DNA from: Candidatus Latescibacterota bacterium
GTDB taxonomy: Bacteria > Latescibacterota > UBA2968 > GCA-2709665
Direction of reading: 5' to 3'
Length of the DNA: 64,000 nt
Assembly: GCA_965205485.1 (NCBI GenBank)
Contig: OZ242180.1
Location: 1,792,001 to 1,856,000 of the forward strand
Shown here piece by piece: positions 48,552 through 55,604 of the stretch. The translations under genes were made by a program, and so were the position numbers. The notes under the pieces are model-generated. The model was not told where the DNA came from. It ran no database searches and worked only from the letters and a program-made list of their open reading frames with translations. Each line of letters opens with the position of its first letter. Positions within the stretch are counted from its first letter, which is position 1.

Positions 48552-48708
48552 CTTTGCCTTTCTCCCTCTTTCCTTTAGGAGAGAGGGCCGGGGAGAGAGG
48601 TCGGCGCTGGGTGGAGGGGTCGCTTTTGACTTTGCCTTTCGTCTTTCGCTTTTGGCTGAAGGCTGAGAGCTGACAGCTGAGAGCTTTTCTTCGTGTCTTC
48701 GTGTGAGC
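48552..48708 (-). repeat. Repeat family F copy plus TTCGTGTCTTCGTG module
   Basis: Reverse complement of 5954-6075. Confidence 0.75.
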
Positions 48709-48759
48709 TGACTTACGCATTTGCCCCCGCCGTTAGTTGATTCTTGAAAGGGTTTTCCC

Positions 48760-49806
48760 ATGGCCACCATCGATTTTCGCAGGTTTCCTTCAGCTTCCGA
48801 GGTGTATCTCTGCAGAGACTGCGGCTATTTCCCCGTGCTCACCCACGTGGGCGGCGAGGAAATCCTGGCCGTGATCCGCGCCGGGGCCGGTCACGTTGGC
48901 GTTGCCGGTCGGCTGGAGTCGATGCGTTCGACGGACGGCGGGCGCACGTGGGAAGCGCCGGTTGTGATCGTCGATACTCCCGCGGACGACCGGAATCCCG
49001 CGGTTGGCGTTGCGCCCGACGGAGCGATTGTGCTGGCGTACCATGCCCAGGGCTCCTATTTCGACGACGGAAGCTGGATGCCGGAATTGCGAAGGGTGGA
49101 GATGCGCATCGCCCGGTCGCGCGATGGCGGGCGAAGCTGGGAAGACTCCGTTTCTCTCGGATTCCCGGCGATGAAAAAGCACTCCGCGTTCGGCCACATC
49201 GTGACCCTTCCCGGCGGGACGATGCTGCTGCCGCTCTACGGTTCCGATAACGATTCCGCAAACGAAGCGGACGACTGCGCGTATATCCTTCGTTCCGACG
49301 ACAACGGCCGGACCTGGGACCGGCCGTCGCTGATTGCCGAACGGTACAATGAAACGGCCCTGCTCCTGGCGTCCGACGGGGTTCTTCTGGCTGCGATGCG
49401 TTCGGCGGACCGGGGCGGCCTCGTCTCGGTGTGCCGATCCGCGGATGGAGGGTACACCTGGGACGAACCCTCGGAGGTGACCCGGGAGCGGGAACATCCG
49501 GCGGACCTCACGCTGCTGTCCAACGACTGGATTCTGATGGTGTATGGCGTGCGGCACGAACCTTTCGGCGTCCAGGCCCGGGTGAGCAAAGACGCGGGGC
49601 GGGCCTGGACCCGTCCGATGGTCGTGTGCGACGATCTGGGGAACCGCGACCTGGGCTACCCCTCCACCGTCAGGCTGGGAGAACGTCTTGTAACGGCCTA
49701 TTACAGCGCGCCCCGGGTGTGGAACGCAACCAATTACCTGGGCGAGGGCGTTTTTGCGCGCGCGCTTCTCTATAGCGAGGTCGACCTGATCGATGCGTTG
49801 AGTTGA
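48760..49806 (+). CDS. BNR/Asp-box repeat sialidase-like protein
   Basis: STDGGRTW, SRDGGRSW, SDDNGRTW, SADGGYTW, SKDAGRAW, DLGYPS. Confidence 0.85.
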   Translation: MATIDFRRFPSASEVYLCRDCGYFPVLTHVGGEEILAVIRAGAGHVGVAGRLESMRSTDGGRTWEAPVVIVDTPADDRNPAVGVAPDGAIVLAYHAQGSYFDDGSWMPELRRVEMRIARSRDGGRSWEDSVSLGFPAMKKHSAFGHIVTLPGGTMLLPLYGSDNDSANEADDCAYILRSDDNGRTWDRPSLIAERYNETALLLASDGVLLAAMRSADRGGLVSVCRSADGGYTWDEPSEVTREREHPADLTLLSNDWILMVYGVRHEPFGVQARVSKDAGRAWTRPMVVCDDLGNRDLGYPSTVRLGERLVTAYYSAPRVWNATNYLGEGVFARALLYSEVDLIDALS

Positions 49807-49830
49807 GATGCGGGCAGAAGGGATATCCTG

Positions 49831-51090
49831 ATGGACTATAAACGTAAAATCGCGGAAATCGATTCGCTGATTGAGAAGCATACGGCGTTTCGCGAAAACT
49901 GCCTGAATCTGATCGCCTCGGAAACCAGGCCAAGTCCCCTGGTGGAGCGGCTGATCGCAAACGACTTCGACCACAGGTACGGGTCGTACACCGGAATCGA
50001 TCCGCGGAACCGGGGGTATCCGGGAAATGCGTTTCTCACACAGATGGAGGAGGTCGCGCACGAGCTGGCGAAGCGGCTCTTCGGGGCGGCGTACGTGGAC
50101 TTGCGACCGTTGTCTGGCAATATCGCGGGCATCATCGCGTTGTTCGCGCTTGCAGGACCGGGAGATACCGTCCTGGAAGTGCATAACGGGCACATGTACG
50201 CCGCAAAGCTGGCGAACTCGGACTTGAAGGTGAAATTGACGTCGATTCCGATCCCGTGGGACGAAATGAACGCCAATATCGACCTGGATCGAACGGTTTC
50301 GCTCATCCGGGAGCATCGCCCCGGTCTGGTCAGCATCGGATCGGCGCATTTCATCTTTCCCCAGCCCGTGCGGGAACTGCGGGCCGCGATGGACCGGTAC
50401 AGTCCGGGTTCGTTCCTCGTCTACGATGCGGCCCACGTGATGGGACTCATCGCCGGAGGGCGGTTTCAGTCCCCCCTCGAGGAAGGCGCGGACGTGATTA
50501 TCACCAGTACCCACAAGACACTGGCCGGTCCGCAGGGGGGCATGATTCTGACCAACGACAGGGACGTCGCGGAGCGGATCGCGAAGGCGATATCGCCGCT
50601 GATGATCGCCAACCATCACCTCAGCCGCGTGCCGTCGCTGGCGGGTACCTTCCTGGAGTGGATGGCGTGCGGAGAGGCGCACGCCGATGCGATCATCGGC
50701 AATGCCAAAGCGCTGGGCAGGGCGTTTCAGGAACAGGGCGTGCCGGTGGTGGGCGCGGACCTGGGCTTTACGGAATCTCACACCGTGCTGCCGGTTGTGG
50801 ATGCGTTCGGCGAAAGCGGCGCGCTGGTCAGACAGCTGGAAGCCTGCCATATCCTGCTCAACGCGGCCGGCGCGCCCCGGGAGATGGGGAAACACGGCCT
50901 TCGCATCGGCGTTCAGGAAGTGACGCGTTACGGCATGACGGAGACGGATGCCCCGGAAATCGTCGGCTGCATCCTGGACGTGGTTGGCGAACGGGACCCG
51001 GACGGCGCAAAGGAACGCGCGATCGCGCTCGCCCGGCGGTTCGATACGGTTCGGTTCACCCTGCCGGATATCGACTCGCGATTAACGTAA
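49831..51090 (+). CDS. Serine hydroxymethyltransferase-like PLP enzyme (divergent GlyA paralogue)
   Basis: LNLIASE, YDAAHVMGLIAGG, STHKTLAGPQGG, GLRIGVQEVTRYGM; lacks the canonical KYAEG and GGHL(S/T)HG motifs. Confidence 0.8.
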   Translation: MDYKRKIAEIDSLIEKHTAFRENCLNLIASETRPSPLVERLIANDFDHRYGSYTGIDPRNRGYPGNAFLTQMEEVAHELAKRLFGAAYVDLRPLSGNIAGIIALFALAGPGDTVLEVHNGHMYAAKLANSDLKVKLTSIPIPWDEMNANIDLDRTVSLIREHRPGLVSIGSAHFIFPQPVRELRAAMDRYSPGSFLVYDAAHVMGLIAGGRFQSPLEEGADVIITSTHKTLAGPQGGMILTNDRDVAERIAKAISPLMIANHHLSRVPSLAGTFLEWMACGEAHADAIIGNAKALGRAFQEQGVPVVGADLGFTESHTVLPVVDAFGESGALVRQLEACHILLNAAGAPREMGKHGLRIGVQEVTRYGMTETDAPEIVGCILDVVGERDPDGAKERAIALARRFDTVRFTLPDIDSRLT

Positions 51091-51117
51091 CGGGGAACGC
51101 TTGTCTCCCCTTTGCCC

Positions 51118-51336
51118 CCGGGACCTCCCCCCCGGGAGCGAGGGCATCCCTGCCCTCGGAACGCCGTAATTATGTATATTTTGGGACAGCCCTTGTGGTT
51201 GCCCGAAGGCGGGTAGACGGTAGAGGTGAGACGGTAGAAGAAGCCATGCCCGGTATGTCTTTCCTCCTTGCCTTCGGCACTAAAAGAACCCTCACGAGGC
51301 AGGTAATCTCTCCCGTCTAACGTCTCCCCTCTCCCC
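51118..51336 (+). repeat. Mosaic of repeat families E + D + C
   Basis: E at 51135-51158, degenerate D near 51183-51204, C near 51211-51336. Confidence 0.75.
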
Positions 51337-51356
51337 GCTTTAATAAGGAGAAATCA

Positions 51357-52446
51357 ATGTCTTCAAAAGGACTTCTCGAACGGATCTTGAGCGGAGAAAC
51401 GCTGCTCCTGGATGGCGGAACCGGGTCCGAGATTCAGCGGCGAGGCGTCGACGTATTGAAAGGCGCGACGGTGGAGGGCGGCCTTCAGGCCTGGTCGGCC
51501 ACGGCCAATATCGATGCCCCGGAGACCGTCCGTGAAGTCCACGGCGACTACCTGCGCGCCGGCGCCGACATCATCATCAGCAACAATTTCTGGACGAGTC
51601 CCACGCGGATGGAACCCATCGGCCTGGGCGACAGGTGGGAAGCGTACGCGACGGCCGCGGGTGAAAACGCGATCACCGCTCGCGATGCCGCGAATCCGGA
51701 TGCATTTGTGACGTATTGAAAGGGCCGGCGGCATCGCGCCGCCGTGTGTCCAGAGGCGGGTTGGCGGAACCGCGTCCGACTGTGACATACTGGGGGAGGA
51801 AGCGTACCGGAGGGAGATTCGAGACCACGCGAAGCTGCTGGCCGGGGTGGGCGTGGATGCGGTCTGGGTGGAATACGTGGGCTTTATCGCTGATTGTGTT
51901 TCCGCTGCGGCAGCGAGCGCGGAAACCGGCCTGCCTGTGTTTCTGGGTGTGCGCCATATCCGGGAAGACGGCAACATGCAATACGAGGAACGACTCGAGG
52001 ACCTTGCAACGGCCCTTGAGGGGAGCGGCGTCGCCGGCGTGCTGATCATGTGTACCCCACCGGAGCAGGTCTCGGCCGGACTTCCCCGACTCAGGGAGGC
52101 GTTTGACGGCTGCGTGGGCGTGTATCCCAATATCGGTTACCAGCCGCTCGCGCCGCTGGGCCCCGCGGAAGGCGAAGAATCGCAGGATGAGCCGGGAGAA
52201 ATCCTGCAGCCCGGGGACAACACGCCCGAGAGCCTGGCCGGCTTCGCAGGGGAATGGAAGGCCATGGGCGCGCAGATCATCGGCGGCTGCTGCGCGACCG
52301 GACCGGAACACATCGACGCCATGCGGCCGGCGGTCAAAGGAAGGGAAGAAGAGAAGGAAGAACGTGAGACGTTAGAAGAAATCCTTGCCAGATGTTTTTC
52401 TTCCCCTTTGCCTCCGGCACGAAAGGACTCCTCACACGGCAGGTAA
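51357..52446 (+). pseudogene. Homocysteine S-methyltransferase family protein, disrupted by a 13-nt insertion
   Basis: LLLDGGTGSE, VH.DYLRAGADII in the first frame; IMC, GVYPN, IIGGCCATGPEHI in the second. Removing 51711-51723 restores one frame (..PDAFVAGGIAPP..). Confidence 0.85.
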
Positions 52447-52762
52447 TCTCTCCTTCCTCCCGGGACCTACCCCCCGGGAGCGAGGGCATCCTGCCCTCGG
52501 AACGCCGTCGTCGGTTGTTGTAGGGGCGACCCTTGTGGTCGCCCGCCTTGTCGCTATTTCCGGCTTTTGCCTTTGCGTCCTTTGTGTCTTCGTGTCTCCG
52601 TGTGAGCCCGGTCAAAGGCGGCAAGACGGGAGACGCAAGCCGGTAGAAGAAATCCTCGCCCGATATTGTATCCCTCATAGCCTCCGGCACGAGAAGAAAC
52701 CTCACGAGGCAGGTTAATCTCTCCCGTCTAACGTCTTCCCTCTCCCCGCTCTTAGCTGACAG
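52345..52762 (+). repeat. Mosaic of repeat families C + E + D + CTTTGTGTCTTCGTG module + C
   Basis: C near 52345-52453, E 52477-52499, D 52520-52544, module near 52571-52609, C near 52622-52747. Confidence 0.8.
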
Positions 52763-52768
52763 CTTCAT

Positions 52769-52816
52769 TTGACAAACCCATCCATTTATCCTACTTTTAG
52801 TAAGACAATTATACTA
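52769..52816 (+). promoter_or_regulatory. Putative promoter/operator of the toxin-antitoxin operon
   Basis: TTGACA-N17-TACTTT followed by the imperfect palindrome TAGTAAGACAATTATACTA. Confidence 0.5.
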
Positions 52817-52844
52817 CCTTTATACATTTCTGGGGATGGACGAT

Positions 52845-53084
52845 ATGAAAATAAAAACATCTATTACCCTGTCCGAGGGCCTTGTCCGGGACATGGACAG
52901 CCTGCTGAAGGCGCCTGATACACCGAAGAACCGGTCCGCGTTCCTGGAAGCGGCATTGAGTCAATACGTCGCTTTGTTGAGACGGCGGATCCGGGATTCT
53001 CGCGATGCGGAGATCCTGGACCGGAAGGCGTCGAAACTGAACGTTGAAGCGAAGGACGTGCTTTCCTTCCAGGTCGAAGTGTGA
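52845..53084 (+). CDS. Ribbon-helix-helix (CopG-type) antitoxin
   Basis: [13 protein letters not shown]...[14 protein letters not shown] overlap with the toxin gene. Confidence 0.85.
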   Translation: MKIKTSITLSEGLVRDMDSLLKAPDTPKNRSAFLEAALSQYVALLRRRIRDSRDAEILDRKASKLNVEAKDVLSFQVEV

Positions 53085-53410
53085 CGCGGGGAGAATTGTA
53101 CAGGGTCTATAGAGGCTCGCGCGAGGACCCGCGGAACTACCGCGTGTTCGTGGTCGTCAGCCGCCAGGCGCTTATAGACTCCAGGTTCTCGAGCGTGATC
53201 TGTGCGCCGGTATTTTCCACTTACGACGGGCTCTCCACACAGGTCCCTGTGGGGGTGGATGAGGGCCTCAAGCATGCCAGCAGCGTCTTCTGCGACCAGT
53301 TGGTCAGCATTCCGAAGTCCGGGTTGAAACACTTCATAGGATCCCTGTCTCCAAAAAAGGTCCGGGCGCTGGACAGCGCGCTTGCGGTTGCACTGGACCT
53401 CGAGTCCTGA
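53081..53410 (+). CDS. PemK/MazF family toxin
   Basis: [48 protein letters not shown]. Confidence 0.9.
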   Translation: MTRGELYRVYRGSREDPRNYRVFVVVSRQALIDSRFSSVICAPVFSTYDGLSTQVPVGVDEGLKHASSVFCDQLVSIPKSGLKHFIGSLSPKKVRALDSALAVALDLES

Positions 53411-53708
53411 CGGATTGGACCCCCCGGATCAAGGGCATCTCGCCGTCGGCGCGCTGTCGTCGGTTGTTGCAGCGGCAACCCATGGGTCGCCTACGTTGTA
53501 GCCCGCAAGTCGCCGATAGATGTCGCAAGGCGATATTGTTCGCCTTCGGTCGGGCATTCGTATGCCTAACGCGATGCCAATCCAGAGTACTCCCAGAGCA
53601 GGGCGCGTTGTTCCGTCCCGCACCGAGGTACGTTATCATCATGTGTTGGCAGGCCAGCGTATCAGGTGAGTCCTCTGAGGATATTCGCGCCATGCATATG
53701 GCAGGCCC

Positions 53709-53905
53709 CGCGCCCAGCGGCGACTTTTGGTTCCTTTTGGTCGCTTCAAAAGGAACACGCCGTAGGCAGGGAATTTGGGGAGATGTTGATTTTGGTTTTG
53801 CCCTTTTTGTCCTGGTTCCCCGCCGGAGGCGTTGAGCCGGGGAGAGAGGTCTGGGCGGTGGGGCGGAGGGGTTGCTTTTGATTTTGACTTTCGTTTTTAG
53901 CTGAA
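53709..53905 (-). repeat. Repeat families G + F
   Basis: Reverse complement of 37783-37920 joined to a family F segment. Confidence 0.8.
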
Positions 53906-53910
53906 CGCCC

Positions 53911-53954
53911 ACAAAAAAACAGGCCGACGGTGTTTCAGTCGGCCTGTTTTTTGT
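53911..53954. terminator. Bidirectional Rho-independent terminator
   Basis: AAAAAAACAGGCCGAC-loop-GTCGGCCTGTTTTTT just downstream of hsp20. Confidence 0.85.
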
Positions 53955-53967
53955 GCGCGCTGCCTGA

Positions 53968-54402
53968 TTACGCGATCTTGATCACTCTCGACATTGACGC
54001 CTTTGCCTTGGGCAGCGTGAGCGTCAGCACGCCGCTGTCGAATCCGGCCTCGATCTTGTCCTCTTCAACCTCAGACGCCAGCGCGAACGAGCGGGCGAAG
54101 CGTCCGTAAACCCTCTCTGAACGGTGGCTGCGATTCTGGTTCTCCTCAACAGCCGGCTTCTTCTCCCCCTGGATCGTAAGCACACCGTTGTCCAGATTGA
54201 TTTTAATGTCGTCCTTGGACATTCCGGGAAGCTCGATCTGGACAAGGAGGTCGGTCTCCGTCTCCAGTACGTCGGTGGCCGGAATCCAGTTCGCGGGGGC
54301 CGAGGCGTCTTCGTCAGAACCCCTCAGGAAACTGTCGAAAAACCGATCGAAATCGGGCGTCAGGTTGAGACGCCGGCGGGGTTGCAGTCTGGCGAGCGTC
54401 AT
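53968..54402 (-). CDS. Hsp20/alpha-crystallin small heat-shock protein
   Basis: WIPATDVLET, ELPGMSKDDI, LTIQGEKK, ER.YGRFARSF, GVLTLTLPK. Confidence 0.95.
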   Translation of the reverse strand: MTLARLQPRRRLNLTPDFDRFFDSFLRGSDEDASAPANWIPATDVLETETDLLVQIELPGMSKDDIKINLDNGVLTIQGEKKPAVEENQNRSHRSERVYGRFARSFALASEVEEDKIEAGFDSGVLTLTLPKAKASMSRVIKIA

Positions 54403-54515
54403 GGTCGATTCCTCCTGTTAAAGGGTTGCTCCGGCAAATGTGAACCTTTACCGGGTCAGAGAGACCGACGGTGCTTCCGCCGGTCTCTCCTGTGGGACGT
54501 CGTGGGCTCTGCCTG

Positions 54516-54950
54516 TTATGCAATTGCGATTTCTCTCGACATTGACGCTTTGGACTTCGGAAGCGTCAGCGTGAGGACGCCGTTCTCGAACCCGGCCTCG
54601 ATGTTTTCCTCTTCCACCTCGGACGCGAGTTCGAAGGATCGTGCGAATCGTCCGTAGGTGCGCTCGGAACGGTGGCTCCTGTTTTCCTTCTCTTCAACCA
54701 CCTGCTTCTTCTCGCCCTGGATGGTGAGCACGCCGTTGTCCACGTTGACCTTGATATCTTCCTTGGAAATTCCGGGAAGCTCAACCTGAACGCGAAGTTC
54801 GGTTTCGGTCTCTGTTACGTCGGCGGCCGGAATCCAACCGGTCGGAAACGGAGCGTTGGCGTTCGAACCTCTCCAGAAGCTGTCGAAGAACCGATCGATC
54901 TCGGGAACGAGTCCGAAACGCCGTCTGGGTTGCCACCGGGTGAGTGTCAT
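54516..54950 (-). CDS. Hsp20/alpha-crystallin small heat-shock protein
   Basis: Same motifs; close paralogue of 53968-54402; start MTLTRWQP behind AGGAGG. Confidence 0.95.
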   Translation of the reverse strand: MTLTRWQPRRRFGLVPEIDRFFDSFWRGSNANAPFPTGWIPAADVTETETELRVQVELPGISKEDIKVNVDNGVLTIQGEKKQVVEEKENRSHRSERTYGRFARSFELASEVEEENIEAGFENGVLTLTLPKSKASMSREIAIA

Positions 54951-55051
54951 GGTAAATCCTCCTTTTGAAGGGTTATTTCCCCGACGATTGACTGTTGTTG
55001 AGGTTCTCGAGGTCTTTCTGCCCACCCTCGAGCCTGTGCCAATAACCCTTC

Positions 55052-55066
55052 GCAAGCCCCGTGCCA
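55052..55066 (-). promoter_or_regulatory. Sigma-54 (-24/-12) promoter of the hsp20 pair
   Basis: TGGCAC-GGGGC-TTGC, an exact match to TGGCAC-N5-TTGC, about 100 nt upstream of the start codon. Confidence 0.75.
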
Positions 55067-55272
55067 ATAACGCCGAGCCAATTCGAGTATTAATCATATC
55101 CCTATAAATCAATAGTTTATGAAAAAACCATGAAAAATGACACCTGCAGATCCGGTAAATCGGTCGCGGTTCCGAGACGCATATATGCTATTTTGGCAGC
55201 ACTGGAAATTGAATATGACAAAATGGCATATCAATTCTGCCAAATCTGCCTTATCGGTTCGGGGCTTGACAC

Positions 55273-55370
55273 AAAAAAACCCGGACCCACGTGGGAATCC
55301 GGGGGCTCCAGAAAACTCCGCCTGGAGCGAGGATATCTATAAGGTAACTATCCTATACGAATGTTGTCAA
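55273..55370 (-). ncRNA. Candidate small RNA of about 60 nt with its own promoter and terminator
   Basis: TTGACA-N18-TACCTT, then hairpin CTCCAG..CTGGAG, then terminator CCCGGAT..GTCCGGG + T7; no ORF. Confidence 0.4.
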
Positions 55371-55391
55371 GAGAATCTGGGAAAAAATGTC

Positions 55392-55570
55392 CTATTTGCG
55401 GATCTGCTCCAACAACAGTCTGATCTGAGCGGCCTGCGGATGGTCGGGATCGAGTTTCAATGTCTTCTCGAAATTCACCCTGGCGTCGTCGAAACGTCTC
55501 AATGCCCGATATGACATTCCCAGCAGCAGGTGTGCGTTCGCGTGGTGGGGCCCAGTTGAATGGCTTCTCT
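55392..55570 (-). pseudogene. Remnant C-terminal TPR fragment paralogous to the 58104 gene end
   Basis: HANAHLLLGMSYRALRRFDDARVNFEKTLKLDPDHPQAAQIR versus HADAHLLLGMSCRALKRGDEARAHFEKTLELEPDHPQAAQIR; DNA similarity is visible. Confidence 0.75.
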
Positions 55571-55604
55571 CTGCTCCCCGTCGAGCCAATGCCGTTCGGT
55601 TCAA

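Noticed and set aside
54951..55035. RNA thermometer in the hsp20 leader
   Set aside because: Hairpins exist, but no ROSE (U-U/C-GCU) or fourU pairing with the Shine-Dalgarno was evident.
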